Shown: positions 31,446 to 41,891 of the stretch, piece by piece
How the letters are laid out: each line of letters opens with the position of its first letter
Position numbering within the stretch: position 1 is the first letter of the stretch
Origin: an uncultured Planctomycetota bacterium
Lineage (GTDB): Bacteria; Planctomycetota; Planctomycetia; Isosphaerales; Isosphaeraceae
Direction: 5' to 3'
DNA: 64,000 nucleotides
Assembly: GCA_963845755.1 (NCBI GenBank)
Contig: CAWJTV010000011.1
Location: forward strand, 608,001-672,000
Made by a program: the position numbers and the translations under genes
The notes under the pieces: generated by a model
Told to the model about the DNA's origin: nothing
What the model saw: the letters and a program-made list of their open reading frames with translations, nothing else
Databases searched by the model: none

Positions 31446-32279
31446 CTAGCCACTGGGTTTCTGGTAAAGCCACGGCGAGAGTTTCGTCAGGGGGTCGAGC
31501 ATGGTGTAGATCCCCTCGGTGGGGCCCACGACCAGGTAACCGCCCGTGTTCAGGGCGTCGATCAGGTTGCGGACGACGACCTCCTTGGAGTCCTTATCGA
31601 AATAGATCAGCACGTTTTTGATGAAGATGCAATCGAACGGCTCCTCCTTGAGGGGGGAGAGCAGGTTGTGTTGCTTCCAGGTGACGAGCGCCTTGACGAC
31701 CGCCTTGACCTTCCAGCGCCGGGCGGGCTCGTCCTCGTCGAAATAGGCCAGTCGCTGGTCGGGCTCGACGAGTCGGATGGCGCGGGCGTCGTAGCCGCCG
31801 GTCCGGGCGGCGGCCAGGACCGAGCCGCTCAGGTCGGTTCCCAGGATCGTGGTGCGCCATCCGGCGAACGTCGCCTTCTTCTGCAGGATTTTCAGGGCGA
31901 TCGAGTAGGGCTCTTCGCCGGTGCTGCACGCCGCCGACCAGATGCGCAGCGACCTGGGCCGTCTCCGCAGCGCCGCCTGGTTGGCGATCTCGGGGAGGAA
32001 CGCGTCGCCGAGCCATTTGTAATGCTGGGGGTCGCGGAAAAAGTAGGTCTCGTTGGTGGTGATCGCGTCGAGGAACATCGGCATCTCGCCATTGCCGGCG
32101 GGCGAGGTCAGGTGGACATAGTATTCGGCAAAGGTGCCGATCCCGGTGGCGCGCAACCGTCGCCGTACGCGGTTGCCGATCATCACCCTCTTGTTCTCGG
32201 CGATCCGGATGCCGGCAACCCGGTAGATCAGCTTGCAGAACCTGTCGTACTCGTCATCGGTTAACTCGGTGTTGATCAT
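31446..32279 (-). CDS. cheR: Chemotaxis methyltransferase
   Basis: TTNETYFFRD, IWSAACSTGEEPYS, GTDLS, FDCIFIKNVLIYFD. Confidence 0.95.
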   Translation of the reverse strand: MINTELTDDEYDRFCKLIYRVAGIRIAENKRVMIGNRVRRRLRATGIGTFAEYYVHLTSPAGNGEMPMFLDAITTNETYFFRDPQHYKWLGDAFLPEIANQAALRRRPRSLRIWSAACSTGEEPYSIALKILQKKATFAGWRTTILGTDLSGSVLAAARTGGYDARAIRLVEPDQRLAYFDEDEPARRWKVKAVVKALVTWKQHNLLSPLKEEPFDCIFIKNVLIYFDKDSKEVVVRNLIDALNTGGYLVVGPTEGIYTMLDPLTKLSPWLYQKPSG

Positions 32280-32294
32280 GGTTTCGTCTTCGCC

Positions 32295-32354
32295 GGAGTC
32301 CCGCCTTCAGGCGGAACCGGAGCAAGATCTTAGGACCGGCTGAAGCCGGGACTC
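32295..32354. repeat. REP-like doublet
   Basis: GGAGTCCCGCCTTCAGGCGG ... CCGGCTGAAGCCGGGACTCC. Confidence 0.7.
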
Positions 32355-32365
32355 CAACTCGGGAC

Positions 32366-34757
32366 TCACACCTTGAACCCCGAGATCACATTCTTGAGCG
32401 CCGCGGCCTGCCGCACCAGTTCCTCGGCGCTGGCGGAGAGCTCCTCGGAGCTGGAGGCATTGGTCTCGGTGATGCTGGAGACGTTCTGGATCGCCTTGTT
32501 GACCTCGGTGGAGGCCTCGGTCTGCTCCTTGGTGGCCTGGGCGATCTTGGTGATGCTAGCAGCGGTCTCCTCGACGCCCTGAACGATCTTTGCGAGCGAC
32601 TCGCCGGCCTTCTGGGAGAGCTGTGCGCCGTCGGCGACGCGCCGAGTCGAACTCCTTGATGAGTGCGGTGATCTCCTTGGCCGCGGCGCTCGAGGCGCTC
32701 GGCCAGCTTGCGGACCTCGTCGGCGACGACGGCGAAGCCCAGGCCGTGCTCGCCGGCCCGAGCGGCCTCGATCGCCGCGTTCAAGGCCAGGAGGTTGGTC
32801 TGGCTGGCGATCTCGCTGATGACCTGGATGATGTCGCTGACCTGCTCGCTCGATTTCTTGATCAGGACCATGGCCTCGATCGCCTGATCGACCGACTCGC
32901 CCCCCTGCTTGGCGAGTTTCGAGGTGGTCGTGGCCTGCGTGCTGGCGACCGAGACGTTCTGGTTGATCTCGACGATCGAGTTGGAGAGTTGCTGGATCGA
33001 CGCGGACATCTCCTCGACGGTGGCCGCCTGGTTCTGCGCCGAGTCGCTCAGATAGTTGGCGCTCTCGGCGACGACGCGCGAGCCCTCGGCGAACTGGCTG
33101 GCCGATTCGATGACCTGGCTGATGATATGCTTGAGGTCGGCGATCATCTGGGAGAGCGCGGCGCCAGACGGCCCATATCGTCGTCCCCCTTGACCTCGAC
33201 GGCGATGGTCAGGTTCCCCTCGGAGGCGGCCTTGGCGACCTTCATGAGCTGGTTGACCTTGATCTCCAGGTCCTTCTTGGCCTGGTCGAGCCGCGTCTGC
33301 TGGTCAACCCGCTCCAGGGCCGTGGAGACCAGCCGGCCGACGTTCCGCAGGGCGTCGATCCGTCCCTCCGACGGCGTGATCGACTCGTCGGTGAGGAAGT
33401 CCATGGTGCCGATGACCTGACCGCCGACGAGGATGGGGAAACCGATGCCCGACTTCAGTCCGGTGCGGCGGGCCGCCGTGGCGCGCAAGAAGTTCTTCGC
33501 ATCGCTCAGGTCGGGGACGAATACCAGGTCGCGCGACTGCCAGGCCTTGCCGTTGATCCCCTCCCCCTCGCGGAACTGCGTCTCGGCCGTCACCCGGCGG
33601 AACTCCTCGCTCACCGAGCCCGCGTCCTGGGCGAACCGCAGCACCTGCTCCTCGGGGTGGAGTTTCCAGAACGTCCCGTAGGTCCAGCCGAACGCCTCGC
33701 GCACGCTGGAGAGCGCCGCGGTGATCACGTCGGATAGGGATCGCGCGCGACCGACCGCCACCAAGAGCTGATTGACCGCCCGGATGTCGGCCGCGGTCTC
33801 CGCCTCGCGCTTCGCCAGCTCGACCTTCTCGGTCACCACCTCCCAGGTGATCATCGGCCCGATGAACTTGCCGTTCTGGTCGGACATCGCGCTGACGCTC
33901 AGCTCGAACAGCTCGGGGCCGACGTTGATCGTCGCGGTGCGGGGCAGGTTGCGGGGGTCAGCCAGCAGCCGGCGCTGATACTCGGGCGCCTTGTGGAACA
34001 CGTCGATCGAGTGGCCGATCATCTCGTTCACCCGGATCGGCAGATGCGCCTCCAGCTTCTTGAGCGTCTGCTCGGCGCGCGGATTCATGTATTGGATCTT
34101 CAGGTCGAGGTCGGCGTACATCAGGTTGATCGGCGCGTTGTCGACCATCTGCTTGATCCGCGCGAGGTCGCCCATCCGCGCCAGGGCGGAGAACTTGTTC
34201 GAGGCCGTGCGGCCGATGATGCGCAGGGCTTCGAGCCGCATGGGGGAGACCTCCACCTCGTGCGTCGAGAAGAAGTCGAGCGTGCCGGCGACCTGGCCGT
34301 CGCGCATCACGGGCAGGGCGACGGCCGCCCGGACCCCGGCGCGGCGCGCCAGGGGGGCGCGGCAGCAGTCGTGCAGGTCGCCGACATCGGCGACGTGGAA
34401 CAGGTCGCGCGACCGCCAGGCTCGTCCGTTGAGGCCCTCACCCTCCTTGAACCGCGCCGTGCGGGTCAGCCGCTGGAACTCGTCGTCCACCCGGCCGGAT
34501 TCCAGCGAGAACACCAGCGCATTCTCCACCGGGTCGACCGTCCAGTAAGACGCATAGGTCCAGCCGAATTCCTTGCGGATCGTGTCGAGCGTGGCGCGGA
34601 CGACGTCTTCGACCGTCTCGGCGCGGATGATCGCGCCCAGCGAGTCGATCATCGCCTGGGTGTTGGCATTGGCCTCCGCCAGCAGGGACTGGGCCTCCTC
34701 GGCGATATCGAGCGACGCGGGCGTGGCCCGCGCGACCTGGTCGTTCACGATGCTCAT
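32366..34757 (-). CDS. Soluble methyl-accepting chemotaxis protein (GAF-PAS-GAF-HAMP-MA); frameshifts near 33160, 32690, 32645 and 32415
   Basis: Two GAF-like repeats ([12 protein letters not shown] / [12 protein letters not shown]); [63 protein letters not shown]; no TM segment. Confidence 0.88.
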
Positions 34758-34900
34758 GACCGGTTTCCTTCTGGCTCTCGCCTTGCTCTGGGCGGGTGAC
34801 GGACGTGGTTCTTGGTCATTCGTCATGGGTCATTCATCATGGGTCAGTGAACGGACGAGGCGGGACGACCTTCCCGTTCTTGCCACTCGCGACTTGCCAC

Positions 34901-35416
34901 TCACGACTCCTGCCACTGGCCGCTGACCACGGGGCTGTGCTCGTCGAAGAGCTTCTCGATGTCGAGGATGATCAGCAGGCGATCGTCCAGACGGGCGAGG
35001 CCGGAGATGTACTGATGGGCGACCGCCAGAACGGACAGCGGCGGCGGCTGGATCTGGTCGCGGTTGATCCGCATGACCTGGGTGACCGCGTCAACGATGC
35101 AGCCGACCGTCTTATCATGGATATTCACCACGACGGTACGCGTCTCGTCGTCGACCTCGCGGGGCGTCAGGCCGAATCGCTTTCGCAAGTTGATGATCGG
35201 GATGACCGAGCCGCGCAGGTTGATCAGCCCCTCGATGAAGTCGGGCACCTGGGGAATCCGCGTGATCGGCTTCATCAAGATGATTTCCTGGATCTTGGTG
35301 ATGGCGATCGCGTAATCCTCGTTTTCAAGCCGGAAGCCCACGAGCTGGATGATCGGGTTGTCGCCCCGGCGGACGACACCCTCCGCAGACGGGACGTTTC
35401 GAGTTCCAGCGAACAT
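34901..35416 (-). CDS. cheW: Chemotaxis coupling protein
   Basis: QLVGFRL...YAI, PDFIEGLINLRGSVIPIINLR, GCIVDAV. Confidence 0.95.
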   Translation of the reverse strand: MFAGTRNVPSAEGVVRRGDNPIIQLVGFRLENEDYAIAITKIQEIILMKPITRIPQVPDFIEGLINLRGSVIPIINLRKRFGLTPREVDDETRTVVVNIHDKTVGCIVDAVTQVMRINRDQIQPPPLSVLAVAHQYISGLARLDDRLLIILDIEKLFDEHSPVVSGQWQES

Positions 35417-36332
35417 GGTTGCAATTCCTGGTGTGCAATCGTCAGTCGTCAGTAAGAGTCGATCTTCGGCCGGGCTTTCCTGCTACCTGGATGATCGTTC
35501 CGACTTCGTCACGGCGACAGATGAACAACAGCATCTGTCGGCGCGGAGACCGCGCCGGACCTCGGCGTTCATCGCCGCGACGGCCGGCTCATCGGGATGT
35601 CGCAAGAGGACTTTTGTATCTTACATTGGTTTTTCTCTTCTTGCATGACGTCCCCGTCAGAATGATCCGGGATCATGGTGCGGCGTGAGCCCTCGTCGGC
35701 GCGGTCTTCCCACCAGGCTTCGTGGTCGTTGAAGTCGTCATCTTGTGCGCAATCGGCGTGTTCGCGACCCCCTGCCAAGAATCGCGGTCGATCATCCGAC
35801 CGTTTCCTGGGTTCGTTCGGTGGATTCTGGATGAGCTGCTCGTCGCTCACCCCGTGACGATCGCGGGAAGGGTTGGCAACTTTTGGCATTTTTTGAGAGG
35901 GTCCTCATCTCCGATCTCTCTGGTTGGAATCGAGTTGCGGCGACCCCGCGATTCGATAGGGGCGGCCTGACGGCCTGACTTGGAAGTGATCGCGCGTGGC
36001 TCATACTATTAGGATGCCGCAACTTTTGAAAAACATTAATGCACCTAGCGCGGTTTTCGGGCCGCGCGCCTCCGGAACTCTCGATGTCAACGGCAGATGC
36101 GAAAATCTCAAAAAAATTTTAGTCGGTTGTTTAGATCAGGTACTTATGGCCGGCGCAGGCGCGCGGATTGGCGATTTCTTCCCAAGGCTTCGCATTGCCA
36201 TGATTCGTCTTCGACTCACGGCCAGACTCCCCGGGCGGTCGAATGGGGGTTGACGGGGAGGAGGACCGGTCGTTGGATCCGAACTGAGCACCACCGGAAC
36301 CTTCAACGTACGGGAGACGCGGAGTCATCGAC

Positions 36333-36782
36333 ATGGGATTCATCCCGAAGGGCGCTCGCTGGTACCTGGCCGGTCTCATCCTCGAACACACGATTGAGGG
36401 CGACCCCCGGAACGTCGTCCACGTCAACACGCATCTGATCGAGGCGGATTCTCCCGAGGAGGCGTACCAGAAGGCCAACGCCCAGGGCCGGGCCGGGGAA
36501 ATCGAGTACGCCAACACCGACGGCAGGATGGTCCGCGTCGCCTTCCGCGGCCTGCGGGATCTGGATGTGATCCACGACGACCTGGAGGACGGGGCGGAGC
36601 TGTTCTACGAGGAACGGGTCGGCATCCCCGAGGACGCCTTGGCGGGGTGGGTCACGCCCAAGGAGGAGCTGGCGGTCTTCGCGCCGAGACAGGCCAGGTC
36701 GGGCGGTCCGAATTACCTGCCCCAGGAGATCGCCGAGATGCTGGAGGCGCAGGGGATCTCGCGTCCGGTTGACGAGGGCTGA
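36333..36782 (+). CDS. DUF4288-like protein
   Basis: WYLAGLILE...HLIEADSPEEAYQKA...YANTDG.MV...F.GL.DL..I.DDLEDGAEL. Confidence 0.75.
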   Translation: MGFIPKGARWYLAGLILEHTIEGDPRNVVHVNTHLIEADSPEEAYQKANAQGRAGEIEYANTDGRMVRVAFRGLRDLDVIHDDLEDGAELFYEERVGIPEDALAGWVTPKEELAVFAPRQARSGGPNYLPQEIAEMLEAQGISRPVDEG

Positions 36783-36855
36783 TCCCGGGACTTGCGATCA
36801 TGCAATTGTCTGAGGCCGCCCTGATGGGACGTAGGTCATCGAGGCGTAAAGCCGA

Positions 36856-39800
36856 TCAGCGATAAGTCCTGGCCGGGCGGAAACCGTAGTTGATCATGCG
36901 CATCGACGGCGAGTCCCCGCCAAGGACCGCCGAGCGGTCGTTCGACGGAGGATAGCTGAACGCCCCGCCCCGAAGCATACGAGGGGTGTCGTTATCATAT
37001 ATATCTGATGATATACCAATATCAATTCGCCTGCTTTCTCCGGAAATCCTGGAACGATCCTGACACCACTCCCAGACGTTGCCATGAAGATCGAACAGGC
37101 CGAGATCGTTGGGTTTGAGCCTGCCCACAGGCTGAGTTCTGTCATTGGGCGAGTTCGAGACATACCACCCGTATTTTCCCAGTAACCCCCAGGGCTCGCC
37201 GAAGGAATACCCCGTAGCCGCTCCGGCACGGCATGAGAATTCCCATTCCGCCTCGGTCGGCAGGCGATAGCCCGTTCGGTTCTGAATATCCGAGATCAGC
37301 TTCATGCCCTCGCCGTAGTCTCCCTTCTCATTCGGACCATAGCACCATTGGTCCTCGGGGAATCCCTCCTGCTGGCTCAACCAATTGCAGTAGGCGGCCG
37401 CCGCAAACCAATTGACCGAGTTCATCGGACAGGTTGGCTCAGGACTATATCGCTCTTCGTTCTTGACCTGGAGCCGGGGGTTCTCCTTCAGGCACCGTTG
37501 ATACTGCTCCACGGTGACTTCCTTGTTGGCGATGGCGAAGCTATGACCGATTCGTTCTCGATGTTGGTCCCCTCTCTCCCCCATCTCGGACTCAACCGGA
37601 CCTCGAACGATGACCATCGTCTGACCCTGGCTGTTGACGTACCATTCACGGTGGTTCTCCTGCGAACGTGCTGCACCGTGGTCCCCATCGAGCGTGGGGA
37701 GAGGCCGTTTTGCCAGGTCGTTATCGATCGCCTGGAGTTGAGGCTCACTCCGCCATTGACGGAGCAGCCAGTCCGCCGCCCCGTGAATGCCAGGATCCGG
37801 ATCATTGCGGTAGAGGTCCAGGAGTGTCTTCGCCCAGCCATCCCGCTCGTCGGTCGAAAACCGACCTTCCCCATACTCGCCAAGGCTCAGAATCAACGCC
37901 CTGCGAATGGAAACATCGCCCTCCTGGACCAGTTTGGAAATCAGGAAAACGGGTTCAACTCCCACGGGTCCAAGCCGATGGACCACGTAACTTCGCAGGC
38001 TGGGATCGGGACTGTGTCTCAGCAAGGTCCATGACTTCTCCATTCGTCCCATCCGGATCAAGGCAACTGTTGCGTTCGCTTGCCGCTGGTAGAACTTCTC
38101 CCACGCCTGGTTCTCCAGGTCGGTGGGTATTCCACCTTTTCGGGGAGTCCGCTTCTTCGCGAGTTCGACCTCGAGACGTGGAGCGGTCTGATCCGAACGC
38201 CTTTCGACACTGGGATAGAGTGCGGCGAACGGCTTCTCCGAAGCGTCCATGAGCAGTTGCGCCAACTCATCGGGCCGATCGCGCACGTATTCGGCAAGCG
38301 CACTGGCCGCCAGGGTTCGCTCGGATTCCCCGCGCTTCTCGTCGTGGAAGATGGCGCTCAGAGGCTCGCTGAGCTGGTTGGCAACAGGGCGAAGCGCGTC
38401 GATCCAGCGGGCGACCCCGTAGGCATTCTCGGCGACGAGCCGATTCGCCACGTCGATACGGACCTGCTCCCATCGAGGATTCCTGGGATCGTAGAGTGCC
38501 AGCGCGCCGGCCGCCGGGAGGGCTTTCCCTCGATCTTCCGGTCCCGGCTCCTCCAGCACCCGCCAGCATTCGGCGACGAGGGTGTCCTTGTGCCCGGCCA
38601 GCGCCTGGCGAAGGACCAAGATACTCTGGGCGTCGGCATGGAACAGCCGGTCCATCAGGTAGGGCAATTCCGCGATGCCGTCCCGATCGAGCAGGGCCAG
38701 GGCGGCATGCAAGTGCTTCTCGGATGTCCTGGCCTCCCTGGCTTCGGCATCAGCCTGTCTCAAGAGCGGATCGACCCATTGCCGGTAGGGTTCGAGCTCG
38801 ACGATGATGCCCGGTACGTCCAACAGCGGGGAACCCAGGAGTTTGTCCCGCAACCTCTGGGCTTTCAGCCGGCCATTCGCTTCGTAGCCTCCCCAGGCCA
38901 GGAGGATCAGCATCGTCGCCAGGGTCAACCCTCGAACCCCATACACTCGCCCCGCCCGTCTCATCATCTCGCGTTGCGGATCGGTCCAGTCCTTCTTCCG
39001 GGTCATCAGCCGGATGTTTGCCCACTCCAGGGAGGATGGCAGGTGGCGGTTTTCGGGCCTGGCGTTCCAGAGGGAGGAGCGTTCCGCCAGCCGCAGCTCC
39101 GCACGTCCGCGCCGGGTCTCCCGCTGCTTGCGGGTCAGCCAATCCCGCAGCGAGTGGACCAGGTAGTCGTGGGTGAGCTGGTAGAAGGATTCCGGAAAGG
39201 ATGAAGGATGAAGGCGGAAGGATGAATCAGACCGGTCGGCCTCCGTCGGTGGATTCTTCCCATTCATCCTTCCGCCTTCATCCTTCATCCTTCCGAAGCC
39301 TTCATCCTTTTCCGAGGGGTCTGTCGGCGTGATCAGCCGTAACTCCGGGTCGAGGATGCGGATCAGGTCATCGAAGTCGCCGGGGCGGTTGGCATAGCCG
39401 GAGGCTTCGCACAATTCCTGACGGGACCTCATCTGCCCCTTGATGTCGGTGCCGCTCTCGGGGAGCAGGGCTTTCAAGACGGCCTGGGCGGCCGTCTGGT
39501 GGAAGCGGTGCTCGGCAGGGGCGGTCGCGGCGCTGAAGGTCTCTTCGAGGAACGTCAGGCCGACGCCTTCCATGCCGCCCACCTCCCGGAGCGTGGCCGG
39601 GGTCCAGGGTTTCCCCTTCATCATCTCGGCGAAGAGCGCCAGCCGCACCGAGATGACCTTGCCGTCCTGGGCGAGTCCCGAGATCGCTTGATCCAGAAAC
39701 GTCTCGTGATCCTTGCTGAGATCGCGTACGCTCTCGGGCAATGCCCCGTAGGCCCGCCCGAACGCCATCAGGACCTTCCGGGCATGGCGGGGGTCGAAGA

Positions 39801-41416
39801 GGTCCACCAGGGCGCTGTTGTCGCCTTCGAGCAGGCGGATGTCCAGGTCGCGCAGGAACCGGCTGGCGGCGAGCCAGAAATCATCTCGGACCAGCACCAC
39901 GGCCTGGACGTGCTCGCCATCGCAGTGCCGCAGCGCGGCGACGAGCTCGGCATTCTCCTCACCGCGCCGGGCATGGAGCCACTGCTCGAACTGGTCCAGG
40001 ACCAGCAGCACTTTCCCCTCGGGCGGCAAGAGGCGGCCCCGTCGCAGGTTGGCCAATGAATCGACCAGCCCCGACGATCGGGGCAGCTCCGGACAGACCT
40101 TGCGCACGCCTTTGAGAAGCCGGGCCTCAGTCTCCTCCGGCGTCGCCTCGAGGTAAACCGGCAGGATATGCTTTCCCAGCCGGGGCAAGAGGCCCGCCTT
40201 GACCAGCGACGACTTGCCGCAACCGCTGGGTCCGTAGATCAGCCCCACGCGAAACGTCTGGTCGGGATCGATCGCCTCGATCTTGCGCTTCCAGAACCGG
40301 AGGCTCTCGGGCAGTCCGTCGCGGTCGCGCGGGCCGGGGAGCAGTTCCAGGAAGAAGTCGGCATCGTGCTCGTCGAAGGATCGCAACCCCTTCGGCACGA
40401 TCTTGATCGCTCGTTGATCGGAGTCGGATTGTCGAGAGACGGGCGGCAGTGGAGCGGCTTCCAGGGCTGAGCCGGGCGGCGTGCTGATGGGGACCGCGGG
40501 AGGGGCTGGAGGGGCCGTGGCTGCCTCGGCCTGGAGGAACGCGCGCAGGTCTTCCGCCATGTCCCTGGCGGTGGTGTACCGATCCGAAACCCGCTTCATC
40601 ATGGCCTTGAGGCAGATCCGTTCCAGCTCCCTGGGGATCGTGTCATCGACCTGGCGCGGTGGGCGAGCCTCAGCCCGGGTCACTTGCTCGACGATCTCTC
40701 GAAGCGCGTCCGCCCGGAATGGCTGGCGGCCGGTCAGTAACTCGTAGAAGACCACGCCCAGGCTGAAGACGTCCGAGCGCCCATCGACGAGGTGCCCCTC
40801 GCCGCGGGCCTGTTCGGGGCTCATGTACGCGGGCGTTCCCGCCAGCCCGCTCCCCTTGCCGAAGTCCTCGTCCTTGAGCGCCAGTCCGAAGTCGGCGACC
40901 GAGGGCTGGCCCGAGGCGTCGACGAGGATGTTGGCCGGCTTGATGTCGCGGTGGACCACCCCTCGGGTGTGGGCATAATGCAAGGCGTCGGCGAGGGTGG
41001 CGACCAGCTCCGCCGACTCCCGGAAGGACGGTCGAGCCTGCCGCGATCCGGACCGCCAGGTTGCCGCCTTCCACAAACTTCGATACGACGAAGCAGAATC
41101 CGTCTTCCGTGCGGCCGACATCGAAGACCGGCACGATATGAGGATGGTCGAGCTTGGCCAGCATCCGGGCTTCCGCGAGAAACGCCTCGACATCCTGGGG
41201 ACCTTGGATGTGTTGCCGATTCGGCACCTTGATCGCCACCAACCGGTCGAGGTCGTCGTCGCGGGCCAGATAGACCCGTCCGAACCCGCCCTGACCGAGG
41301 TACCGGTGGATCCGGTAGCGTCCGGTCCTTGTGGGATCGCCATCCGGGGCGCCGCTCGAGCCCGCGGCGTGCGGTTCGACGTCCACGGTTTCCGACAGGT
41401 CCTTCGTCTCATCCAT
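36856..41416 (-). CDS. Ser/Thr kinase - STAND (nSTAND1-like) NTPase - TM - helical region - FGE-sulfatase/CLec protein, copy A; frameshift near 41045
   Basis: GQGGFG, VAIK, HRDIKPAN, DFG, GTPAYMSPEQ; GPSGCGKSS and LVLDQFE; TM GLTLATMLILLAWGG; YRLPTEAEWE, PNDLGLFDLHGNVWEWC, RGG..., GFRPART. Confidence 0.9.
39197..39292. repeat. In-frame (GGATGAA)n inverted repeat with perfect 31-bp arms
   Basis: 39197-39227 is the exact reverse complement of 39262-39292. Confidence 0.92.
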
Positions 41417-41564
41417 CGTTCGGTCCCTGACAGCGATCGATCGCTTTCATGGATGTCAAGCAGAGCCATTGTCGCATCCCCGGCCGGGATGGAACAATGG
41501 GCCACGCGCTTGCCGGCAAGAACGTAGGTCAGGCTTTCCAGCCTGACGTCCGGTCGTGTCAGGC

Positions 41565-41818
41565 TGGTCCGCATCGCTTTCCGCGGCCTGCGGGACCTGG
41601 ATGTGATCCACGATGACCTGGAGGACGGGGCGGAGTTGTTCTACGAGGAAAGGGTGGGTATCCCCGATGACGACCTGGAACGCCGGGTCAAGCCGAAGGA
41701 GGAGCTGGCTGTCGTCGCCCCGAGACGGGTCAGGGCGGACGGGCCGGATTACATGCCCCAGGAAATCGCCGAGATGCCGGAGGCGGAGGGGATCTCGCGT
41801 CCGGTTGACGAGGGCTAA
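41565..41818 (+). pseudogene. 5'-truncated duplicate of the DUF4288-like gene
   Basis: Matches about 36530-36782 (VRIAFRGLRDLDVIHDDLEDGAELFYEERVGIP...GISRPVDEG); the 5' part is absent. Confidence 0.85.
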
Positions 41819-41891
41819 CGCCGGGGTCCCCGATCATCCCATTGTCTGAGGCCGGCCTGAGGGGACGAAGGTCACAAGAGGGTAAAGCCGA

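Noticed and set aside
35420..36330. DGR template repeat, reverse transcriptase or c-di-GMP riboswitch in the long gap upstream of cheW
   Set aside because: No AAC-rich copy of the CLec tails, no YxDD RT ORF and no GEMM-like motif recognised by eye; a covariance search is still needed
41417..41574. Start of the 1572-aa ORF at 41574
   Set aside because: The kinase N-lobe is in the 40670-41416 frame and matches the copy B start (MxETKDLSET); the longer start is a frameshift artefact
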